From positions 7,593 through 71,592 of IMG/VR virus record IMGVR_UViG_3300048920_000392: a DNA stretch of 64,000 nucleotides. The stretch is one strand, 5' to 3'. The DNA is from a virus. Lineage: Duplodnaviria; Caudoviricetes. The notes below the pieces were generated by a model that had not been told where the DNA came from, did not search any database, and saw only the letters and a list, made by a program, of their open reading frames with translations. Shown here one piece after another: positions 46,423 through 54,183 of the stretch; position 1 is the stretch's first letter, and each line of letters begins with the position of its first letter. The translations under genes were made by a program, and so were the position numbers.

Positions 46423-47636
46423 TGCTCACCGACACCAAACTGCGCGCACTGAAGGCAAAGGACCGCCCCTACCGGGTCGCGGATTCCAATGGCCTTTGCA
46501 TAGAGGTGCGACCGTCCGGATCCAAGGCATGGCGCTACCGCTACAGGTACGCCTCCAAGGCGAGCATCGTCACCATCGATGAGTACCCGTCGATGTCGCT
46601 GCAGCAGGCTCGGGCCGAGCGTGACAAGCTGCGAGCGTTGCTGCGAGGCGGGGCTAACCCGGCTCACGTCGCCAGGGCCGAGCGAGCGGCTCACGCTGAC
46701 CGTGTTAACAGCACCTTTGGGGCCATCGGCCTGGAGCTGCTAGCCAAGCGGGCCAAAGAGGGGCTGTCCCCAGGCTCGGTAAAGCGCGAGCGGCGCCTGA
46801 TTGAAAAGGATTTGGCGGCAATCGCTGCTATGCCTATCACCGACGTAACCGCCCCTATCCTTTTGGCGGCCCTGCGTAAGCTTGAGCAGCGGGGTGTGGT
46901 CGAAACCGCCCATCGAGCGCGGTCCCATGCTGGCCGGGTCTTCCGCTATGCCCTGGCAACCGGGCGTGCCGAACGGAATCCTGCAGAGGACTTGGCCGGG
47001 GCGCTCGAACAGCCCAGGACTAAGCACTTCGCAAGCCTCACAGACCCCGAACAGATCGGCGAACTGCTGCGGGCCCTGCATTCCTACCAAGGCTCTCCAG
47101 TCACCCAAGCGGCCCTTAGGCTTGCCCCTTTGCTCTTTGTGCGCCCCGGCGAGCTTCGTGCCGCCAAGTGGGCTGACATTGACCTAGATGCCGGGGAGTG
47201 GCGGTACGTCACCAGCAAGACGAAGACCCCCCATATCGTCCCCCTGTCCGACCAGGCCGTGCAGGTGCTTGCGGAGCTGCAGCCGCTGACCCGGCGCAGT
47301 GAGTACGTGTTCCCGGGCGTCCGGAGTGCGTCTCGGCCCATGAGTGAGAACACGATCAATGCCGCCCTGCGGAACCTCGGCTTTGACGGAACAACCATCG
47401 TCGGCCACGGCTTCAGGGCAATGGCGCGGACGGTGCTGGACGAGGTGCTGGGGTTCCGTCCGGACTACATCGAACACCAGTTGGCGCATGCCGTACGCGA
47501 TCCACTGGGGCGGGCGTACAACCGCGCCACCCATCTGCCTGAGCGACGCAAGATGATGCAGGCATGGTCTGACTACCTGGACACCCTCCGTGAGAACGGC
47601 CGCAAGGTCGTCCCGCTGCGGAAAAACCGGGCCTAA
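46422..47636 (+). CDS. int: P4-family tyrosine integrase
   Basis: MLTDTKLRALKAKDRPYRVADSNGL, LFVRPGELR, HGFRAMART, QLAH...AYNRA. Confidence 0.96.
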   Translation: MLTDTKLRALKAKDRPYRVADSNGLCIEVRPSGSKAWRYRYRYASKASIVTIDEYPSMSLQQARAERDKLRALLRGGANPAHVARAERAAHADRVNSTFGAIGLELLAKRAKEGLSPGSVKRERRLIEKDLAAIAAMPITDVTAPILLAALRKLEQRGVVETAHRARSHAGRVFRYALATGRAERNPAEDLAGALEQPRTKHFASLTDPEQIGELLRALHSYQGSPVTQAALRLAPLLFVRPGELRAAKWADIDLDAGEWRYVTSKTKTPHIVPLSDQAVQVLAELQPLTRRSEYVFPGVRSASRPMSENTINAALRNLGFDGTTIVGHGFRAMARTVLDEVLGFRPDYIEHQLAHAVRDPLGRAYNRATHLPERRKMMQAWSDYLDTLRENGRKVVPLRKNRA

Positions 47637-47748
47637 AGGCTCACCTACAAGGGAGGAACGAAAAAGTAGAGGCACAGAAACAAAGCGGCCGAGAAAGGGG
47701 CTGGAACCCCTAGCTCGGCCTACCAAAACCGACTATTAGGAGTCGATC

Positions 47749-48051
47749 ATGGATCGCAGCATTATAGAACCTGCGCGTGAACGGGCGCGCTTGACCTCGA
47801 ACACCCCCGGCAGCGCCGGATCCACCGGGTGCCACCCGCCCCTCCGCCTTTGGGGCGAACGCAAGCAAACGCAGGCGAACGCAGCCCCTCCCTCCCGAAG
47901 CCTGCAGCTCTGGCTGGCCACCCACGGGGAGTCCAACCTGTACTGGGCGTGCGCACTTTTGTTTGCTACTGGTGTGCTGCTTGCACTCCTTGGCGTGCCG
48001 GTAGCAACGCCCTATCTGGTCATGGGGGGGCTGTGCCATGCGAATCAGTGA
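47749..48051 (+). CDS. Small hypothetical protein with C-terminal TM
   Basis: AGGAG SD; LYWACALLFATGVLLALLGV hydrophobic end; overlaps the next start. Confidence 0.45.
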   Translation: MDRSIIEPARERARLTSNTPGSAGSTGCHPPLRLWGERKQTQANAAPPSRSLQLWLATHGESNLYWACALLFATGVLLALLGVPVATPYLVMGGLCHANQ

Positions 48052-48700
48052 CCTCTCCGCATCAACTGATCCGATTGACCGCCTTGTGGCGATGGGCGTC
48101 CCTGTGCGGGCACTGGTCGCTCTAGAGCTTGGCGGGGTTGAGTGGCTTGCCCTTCATCGGGACGAGCGCTTCCGCCTCTGCTACTACGACGAGAGTGGAG
48201 CTGTAGCCACCCAGGACGTGGATGCCGTGGGGCTTGTGCTGAGAGCTCAGGAATTGGGCTGGACGGCCATGCGAGATTTGGAGCCGAGCTCCAGTCCCTG
48301 GCTCTTCGACCAAGCCTCCTACCACCTCCGCCATGGGGTCCATTGGTACGCATCGGCCTTCGACGGGACCGACGAAATGCTGCCTTTAGGCTTCCCGGAG
48401 AGGGAGCTGAAACGCGCCGCCAGGGAGCAGGAGCGGCAGATCGCAGCTGACCTGAAGGCTATGGAAGCCAAAGCGAAGGCTGCAGCCCGCGCAGCGAAGG
48501 CTGCGGCCCGTGCGCGCAAGCGGGAGGATAAGGGGGCCCGCGCATGGCTGATCGAGTACAGCGCGCAGTGCCAGCTGGATAAGGCAAAATCAAACGGCAC
48601 TCCCCTCTCAAGGGCACAGGCTCTGAGGGTGGCGCGGAAGCTGGTTGACGGCATTGCCGACAGGGCAGGGCGACTTGAGCGGAAGGTAATCGGCGCATAG
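48038..48700 (+). CDS. Hypothetical protein
   Basis: 220-aa ORF with coiled-coil C-terminal half. Confidence 0.6.
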   Translation: MRISDLSASTDPIDRLVAMGVPVRALVALELGGVEWLALHRDERFRLCYYDESGAVATQDVDAVGLVLRAQELGWTAMRDLEPSSSPWLFDQASYHLRHGVHWYASAFDGTDEMLPLGFPERELKRAAREQERQIAADLKAMEAKAKAAARAAKAAARARKREDKGARAWLIEYSAQCQLDKAKSNGTPLSRAQALRVARKLVDGIADRAGRLERKVIGA

Positions 48701-48721
48701 CCGAGACAGGGAGCACGAGCG

Positions 48722-49492
48722 ATGGCACGAAAGCCAATTGACACCGAAGGCGGGCACACCCTGCTAACAGCTGCAGAGTGGTTAGCAGTCGAGTACGTGT
48801 TGGACTACATTCGACCGCCTCCGGGTCGCGAGCGTTCTACGACTTCGTACTCAGTCCTCGCTCGTCTCCTTGCCGTGCGTTCCGGCCGGGCGCTGTGGGC
48901 ATTGAACGCCATTCGTTCCCGTCGCGCGGAAGACTCCGTGGTGGAAGCGCTGTCCAACAATTTCAGCGGTTTTCCGGACGTGGATGAGGTGATAGGCCTT
49001 ATGACAGCCGTCGAACGTGCACGCACAGGCTTTTCCACGGCGGCAGTAAGTCAGACGGAGCGCAAGCGCAAATCGAAGGCGGTCGCCGCTGCGGCGAGAG
49101 TCATCGCCGAAGCGCTTGGGCATCCGGCTATTCAAGGCGACCTTCAGTCTGCGCGTTACATGCTCAAGGAGGCTGGAGGGAATTTGGAGCGTCTGCCCTC
49201 GCGCCTGAACCAGGAGACTTTCGAGTCCTTGGCGATAGTGGCGGACGCGATGGTGGACCTGCCGAAATTTGATGGGCAAGCAGACTCTCCAAGCGCGCCC
49301 AAGCTGTACTTTCTGCGGCGCATGACGCTGCACTGCGTAGGGTCTTACGGGCGGCCCATGCGCTCTCTCGTCTTGGCCTTGGCCGCGCTCTTCTTCGATG
49401 TCTCAGACATGACTACCAATGACTTGGCCAACTTCGCTCCATCCGGGGGGAAGAAAAGGACTCCTAAGGGCGGAAAATCCTCCCCTCAATAA
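48722..49492 (+). CDS. Hypothetical protein upstream of alpA
   Basis: GGGAG SD; 256-aa helical ORF. Confidence 0.65.
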   Translation: MARKPIDTEGGHTLLTAAEWLAVEYVLDYIRPPPGRERSTTSYSVLARLLAVRSGRALWALNAIRSRRAEDSVVEALSNNFSGFPDVDEVIGLMTAVERARTGFSTAAVSQTERKRKSKAVAAAARVIAEALGHPAIQGDLQSARYMLKEAGGNLERLPSRLNQETFESLAIVADAMVDLPKFDGQADSPSAPKLYFLRRMTLHCVGSYGRPMRSLVLALAALFFDVSDMTTNDLANFAPSGGKKRTPKGGKSSPQ

Positions 49493-49590
49493 TTTAAAGA
49501 GAAGCCTGTGTGTTTCTTCAATTATGCACAGGGTCTGGCATCTTCAATCTGTCCGAAACCGTCCATCCCGGTGCGGTGTAGGGCAATGAG

Positions 49591-49809
49591 ATGCTGCAGA
49601 AATCTCAGCAAGAGATCCCAGAGACCGGCTTCCTTCGGTTGCCAGAAGTCCTCCGGCTTTACCCAATCTCCAAGTCCACTTGGTGGGCTGGCGTAAAGAT
49701 CGGACGCTACCCGCAGCCTTTCAAGATCGGCGAACGCGCAACCGCATGGCGCGCAGAAGATATCCGCGCACTCATAAGCAGCGCCTCCACGAATGGAGCG
49801 CAGCCATGA
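49591..49809 (+). CDS. alpA: AlpA-family regulator/excisionase
   Basis: FLRLPEVL...ISKSTWWAGVKIGRYPQPFKIGERATAWRAEDI. Confidence 0.92.
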   Translation: MLQKSQQEIPETGFLRLPEVLRLYPISKSTWWAGVKIGRYPQPFKIGERATAWRAEDIRALISSASTNGAQP

Positions 49810-50084
49810 GCCAGTACGATTTCAGCGGCCTCACGGCAGAACAGCGCCGGGTGATGGACGCGGGCGGATGGACAGCTGACGGCACACAGGCGGCCCCGTC
49901 CCGCCCTGCTACGCAGACTTTGGTGAGTCGGGGACTTCTTGAGTCCTACACGGCCACCCACGACGACGACCACGGCTCTTACAGGGTAACGGAGTACTTC
50001 GCGCCTCTGGAGGTACGGGCTGCCTGGCTAGCCTTCAAGTCGCGTCTTCCGCAGCAAGCGGAGACGGTGGAGGAGGAGCCGTGA
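49806..50084 (+). CDS. Hypothetical protein
   Basis: Coupled to alpA by ATGA overlap; 92 aa. Confidence 0.6.
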   Translation: MSQYDFSGLTAEQRRVMDAGGWTADGTQAAPSRPATQTLVSRGLLESYTATHDDDHGSYRVTEYFAPLEVRAAWLAFKSRLPQQAETVEEEP

Positions 50085-50605
50085 ACACATGCGACGTCAC
50101 TGACCTTGTTCCTCACCCTCCCTCCGGCCTTTTGGCATGTTTGAAGTCAGGGCGCGTCTTTAACTCTGACGGCGTGGAGGTCGGTATCCAGACATCTGAT
50201 ACCTACGTCAGGATCATCCGCAACGCGACGGCCGCCTGTCCTCGCATCACGTGGTACGCGCATCGGGTGGTGTGGGAGGCCGCACACGGACCGATCCCTG
50301 AGGGAATGCAGATCGATCACCTAGATTGCGACGCGGGCAACAACGCGCTGTCCAATCTGGACCTCGTAACCCCTGCGGAAAACCGAGCCAGACAGGCCCA
50401 GAGAAATCTCCAGCGCTACGGATGCCGATCCACGTACTGCAAGCTCCTGCCGGAGCAAGTGCTAGCGATACGCGAGAGCGCGGACACCATCGCCAGCAAC
50501 GTGTGGGCCAGACGCCTGGGGATCGCGCAGCGCACGGTGAGGCAGATACGCGCTGGTCTGACTTGGATACACCTCCTCGGTGTGCAGTCCAAGAAGAAGC
50601 CGTAA
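50081..50605 (+). CDS. HNH endonuclease with C-terminal HTH
   Basis: YAHRVVWEAAHGPIPEGMQIDHLDCDAGNNALSNLDLVTPAEN; KLLPEQVLAIR...LGIAQRTV. Confidence 0.92.
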   Translation: MNTCDVTDLVPHPPSGLLACLKSGRVFNSDGVEVGIQTSDTYVRIIRNATAACPRITWYAHRVVWEAAHGPIPEGMQIDHLDCDAGNNALSNLDLVTPAENRARQAQRNLQRYGCRSTYCKLLPEQVLAIRESADTIASNVWARRLGIAQRTVRQIRAGLTWIHLLGVQSKKKP

Positions 50606-50674
50606 CCGGCTATCCACCTATCGCCCTTGGGGGGTGTATGAAACGACCGGATAACTGCCGTCTGGCACGTCCTA

Positions 50675-51118
50675 TTGGCCGAGGTAAGGGCGATGGGAGG
50701 TGACCATGTGCAACGAATTTCCGAGAAGAAGCGGCCCCAGGTCAAAGGCAGGGGAAAAGGCCCGCCCTTCCTCTCCATTGAACACCGCATTGCCGATTCC
50801 CATGAGTTCGGGTGCCTTTCCGGGCACGCTGCCAAGCTCCTCCTTGAGCTTGCCCGGCAGTACCGTCCCGGGCGCAACGGGGACATCAGTATCCCGTGGT
50901 CGCTTCTACGGAATCGTGGGTGGCGCAGCCAGGGAACCGTCATGGATGCCAAGCGCGAGCTGCTTGAGGCGGGCTGGATCATCGAAACTCGAAAGGGTGG
51001 CAGGAACAGTTGCGGGCTCTACGCGCTCACCTACTACCCGATTGATGAGTCCCACAAGCATCAAGAGCCGGCCACCCATGTGGCGCCTCATCTGTGGCAG
51101 CAACGGCGCGAACTGTAG
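50675..51118 (+). CDS. wHTH protein, probable replication initiator
   Basis: LSGHAAKLLLELARQY...NGDISIPWS...TVMDAKRELLEAGWI; stop lies in the first iteron-like repeat. Confidence 0.65.
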   Translation: MAEVRAMGGDHVQRISEKKRPQVKGRGKGPPFLSIEHRIADSHEFGCLSGHAAKLLLELARQYRPGRNGDISIPWSLLRNRGWRSQGTVMDAKRELLEAGWIIETRKGGRNSCGLYALTYYPIDESHKHQEPATHVAPHLWQQRREL

Positions 51119-51270
51119 TCGCTATTCGGAGCAACTTGGTCGCTATGCGGAGCAGTGGGTCGAATCCTTGCTCCGCATGCAGACCAAGTTGGTCGCTATG
51201 CGGAGCAGTCAGCCACTTATCCACACCCCCTATTGGTCGCTATGTGCACACCTATCTAGATATCTACCAA
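51116..51270. repeat. Iteron-type origin with DnaA box
   Basis: TTGGTCGCTATGCGGAGCA at 51136 and 51189, variants at 51116, 51233 and inverted at 51169; TTATCCACA at 51217; AT-richer tail. Confidence 0.75.
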
Positions 51271-51313
51271 GCGGAGCGGCCTGCGCACTGGTTGTGATGG
51301 GCTTCTCTGGCCA

Positions 51314-52258
51314 TTGCTACCGGGAGGCCCACCCTTGGACCTGACTCGAACGCGAACAGAACCAGCCATTGCAGGCGGCGTGGATGCTACTAGCACTGCT
51401 ACTAGCATCGATACAACATTGCTAGCAGCATCGGAGAGCAAACTCCCGTCTCGGCCAAGGAAGGGAGGGCCGTGGCAGGAAGGTTCAACCAACGTGGACC
51501 GGGCGTCCCGGGCGGTGGCGGCTGCTTACGGCTGCGGAGCCTGCATGGCGATGGTCTGGCATGCAAGTTGGGTGGAGGTCCCCATAGCCGAGGACGGGAC
51601 AGTGGACCCTGCCGGTTTGGCCATCCACACCCGTGGCGCGGTTGTCCACGACGCTCGAAAGTACCTTCCCAGGGGACGACATGCCCGAGCAGCTGCCTTG
51701 TCCGCTTTCGATGCGGACAAAAGGCGGACAGTGGAAGCGTTCGACAACGCGACAAACATGCGTGCCGACGCGTCAAATCCTGATATGCACGCGTCGAGGA
51801 CGAGGCGCGTCCATGCTTGGAGCAACAAGACCTCCCCAGGCGTTGTGGTGATTCCTGCGGTTCGTCCGGTTCGACCGGTCCTGATGGCGCTCGCGGACGC
51901 CGGCCTGGACGGGCCGCTGGAGGACTGGCTGATGCTCTATGCCGCCCAGCAGCTTTGGCGGTGGCCGCAGGTTGAGCTGTACTTGGTCGCGCTTGGCCAC
52001 GAACGTCACCACGCCCGAGAGGCGGCTGCGCGGCTACTGGGTCTTGGGCGTAGCTACAGGGACGGGGCAGCGAGCGAGGGTGTTAGGGAGTCTGCGTACC
52101 GCAACAGAGTTCGCGCGATTGAGCGGGTCCTCTGGGACTGGCTGGAGCGAGCGAGCTACGCGCTTTTGGAAGAGCTGGGCGAAGCGGGGGACCGCGACTG
52201 GAACGCGGGCGACGGTCTGTTGAGCCCTGGCGCAGGCAGGCCAGTCGCCGGGGCTTAG
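51314..52258 (+). CDS. Hypothetical protein, possible late-gene activator (true start probably downstream)
   Basis: C-terminal HTH-like LLGLGRSYRDGAASEGVRESAYRNRV; N-terminal part runs through non-coding-looking repeats. Confidence 0.45.
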   Translation: MLPGGPPLDLTRTRTEPAIAGGVDATSTATSIDTTLLAASESKLPSRPRKGGPWQEGSTNVDRASRAVAAAYGCGACMAMVWHASWVEVPIAEDGTVDPAGLAIHTRGAVVHDARKYLPRGRHARAAALSAFDADKRRTVEAFDNATNMRADASNPDMHASRTRRVHAWSNKTSPGVVVIPAVRPVRPVLMALADAGLDGPLEDWLMLYAAQQLWRWPQVELYLVALGHERHHAREAAARLLGLGRSYRDGAASEGVRESAYRNRVRAIERVLWDWLERASYALLEELGEAGDRDWNAGDGLLSPGAGRPVAGA

Positions 52259-52418
52259 CGAGATATCCCGGTACTGCTGCCGCTTTCCGGGCTGGGAGCT
52301 ATTTACACCCGCCAAACGGTGAAAGTAATAGGGGCTCCAACTACCCAAGGGCGAGCCCCGGCGGCGACCACTTCGGTGGCGCCGCCTTCCCTTCTTCGCG
52401 CATGTCACGCACCGCTCC

Positions 52419-52451
52419 GTGAGTACTCAGTGAGTCCTCGGTGAGTACTCG
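52419..52451 (+). repeat. Three tandem 11-bp repeats upstream of the ejection operon
   Basis: GTGAGTACTCA / GTGAGTCCTCG / GTGAGTACTCG. Confidence 0.8.
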
Positions 52452-52488
52452 GCAAGCGATGCGCAACTTGAGCATAGGACAGCAATTC

Positions 52489-54183
52489 ATGAATTTCAGC
52501 CCACGAAACTTTTTCGGCCGTATGACCCCCGGCTGGCAGGATATGAGCGAGCAGGATCAAGGCGCTCTTACGCGTCGCGGCCTACTGGCAGCCGGTCTGG
52601 GGATGCTCAGCGCCAAGAATGGTGGCAACTTCGGCGCCTCTCTCAGCGACGGCATCCAGTCGGGGTTGCTCGCGGTCGATCAAAGCGTTCAGGGGATGGA
52701 GAACGCCCGATACAAGAAGGAAATACTTGCCCGAACCCGGCAGGGCATGGAGCGCAACGCCGCCATCGAGCAGGCCCAGCAGGGCGTGCTGAATTCTGAC
52801 GGCTCGATCAATAGCGAGAAGTGGGCGGAGCTGGCTCGGTACGACCCGGATGGCGCGCTGGACCTCCGCAACAAGGCGCAGCCCCAGGCCAAATGGGACC
52901 CGATGGAGATCGCCTACAAGAATCCGCGCACTGGAGAGCCCGGATATCTCAACGTGCTGCGCAACCTGGCAACCCAAGAACTGAGAGACCTGCAGGGCAA
53001 CGTCATCAGTGAAGGCTTCCTATCTCAGGATCCACTCGGTACGCAGCCGCAGATGCCGACAAGCGGTTTCTTGTCGAAGGACATGGTTCCGACGCTGGAA
53101 CAGGCCGTAATGCAGGTGGAGTCCGGCGGCAATCCGGCGGCGGTGTCGCCCAAGGGGGCTATGGGCACGATGCAGACCATGCCCGGCACGCTGGTTGATC
53201 CGGGTTACGGGGTCGCTCCGGCACGGGACAGCTCGCCGGGAGAAATGGAGCGCGTGGGCAAGGATTACCTGCAGGCCATGTTGAAGCAGTACGGCGACCC
53301 GCAACTGGCGCTCGCCGCCTACAACTGGGGGCCGGGGAACGTGGATCGGGCCATGAAAACCCATGGCGGAAACGTCGATGCGGTCCTCGCCAACGCACCG
53401 GCAGAGACTCGGCACTATGTTCCCAAGGTCTTGGCACTCGCTCAGGGTGGGCAGGACTCGCCCCAGATCGGATGGAAGCCTGCCAAGGCAGACAAGGAGC
53501 GCGAGAGCTACCGCACGCTCAAGGTCGACGAGATTGCATCCCTTGGCCTGCCGTCTGGAACCGTAGCCCAGATGGGGCCAACCGGCCAGATCCAGATTGT
53601 TAACAAGCCCCGCGACATGCCGGCAGGTGGTGCGAGACAGGTCATCGACAACGGCGACGGAACCACGACCTACATCCCGGCCGGTAAGACCAGCGAGGGC
53701 GAGCGCAACGCATCCGGCTTCTTCAATCGCATGGTCGAGGCGAACAACGAGATGCAGCGCCTGGAGGGGGCGGGATACGACCCGACGAATCGTCGCGACT
53801 ACTACACCGCTGGCGGCGAAGTCCTTAACCCGCTTGCCACTGACGAGGGGCAGCAATACCGCCAGGCTCAGAACAACTGGGTGCGTGCGAACCTCCGAAA
53901 GGAATCCGGCGCAGCGATCGGTAAGGATGAAATGGAGCAGGAACGGCGGACGTACTTCCCGATTCCCGGCGACTCGCCTGCGGTGATCGCACAGAAGGCC
54001 CGAGCCCGTCAGGTAACTGAGCGTGGCATGCGTTCTGCTGCGGGTAGCGCACTGCCGGCTCCCGTACCGCAAGGGGCGAATGCGGCGCGAGGTGTGAACA
54101 GCCCTGCGCCCGGCACCGTGGAGGGTGGCTATCGCTTTAAGGGGGGTAACCCCGCTGACAAGAAGAATTGGGAGCGCATCTGA
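52489..54183 (+). CDS. Virion DNA-ejection protein with SLT lytic transglycosylase domain
   Basis: QVESGGNPAAVSPKGAMGTMQTMP, ALAAYNWGPG, ETRHYV; Gly/Ala-rich LLAAGLGMLS N-terminus; C-terminal GGYRFKGGNPADKKNWE. Confidence 0.85.
   Translation: MNFSPRNFFGRMTPGWQDMSEQDQGALTRRGLLAAGLGMLSAKNGGNFGASLSDGIQSGLLAVDQSVQGMENARYKKEILARTRQGMERNAAIEQAQQGVLNSDGSINSEKWAELARYDPDGALDLRNKAQPQAKWDPMEIAYKNPRTGEPGYLNVLRNLATQELRDLQGNVISEGFLSQDPLGTQPQMPTSGFLSKDMVPTLEQAVMQVESGGNPAAVSPKGAMGTMQTMPGTLVDPGYGVAPARDSSPGEMERVGKDYLQAMLKQYGDPQLALAAYNWGPGNVDRAMKTHGGNVDAVLANAPAETRHYVPKVLALAQGGQDSPQIGWKPAKADKERESYRTLKVDEIASLGLPSGTVAQMGPTGQIQIVNKPRDMPAGGARQVIDNGDGTTTYIPAGKTSEGERNASGFFNRMVEANNEMQRLEGAGYDPTNRRDYYTAGGEVLNPLATDEGQQYRQAQNNWVRANLRKESGAAIGKDEMEQERRTYFPIPGDSPAVIAQKARARQVTERGMRSAAGSALPAPVPQGANAARGVNSPAPGTVEGGYRFKGGNPADKKNWERI

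Noticed and set aside
51116-51250. CRISPR array
   Set aside because: Repeats are short, irregularly spaced and partly inverted, without unique about 30-bp spacers or cas genes; they fit iterons better. No CRISPR array was seen anywhere in the window
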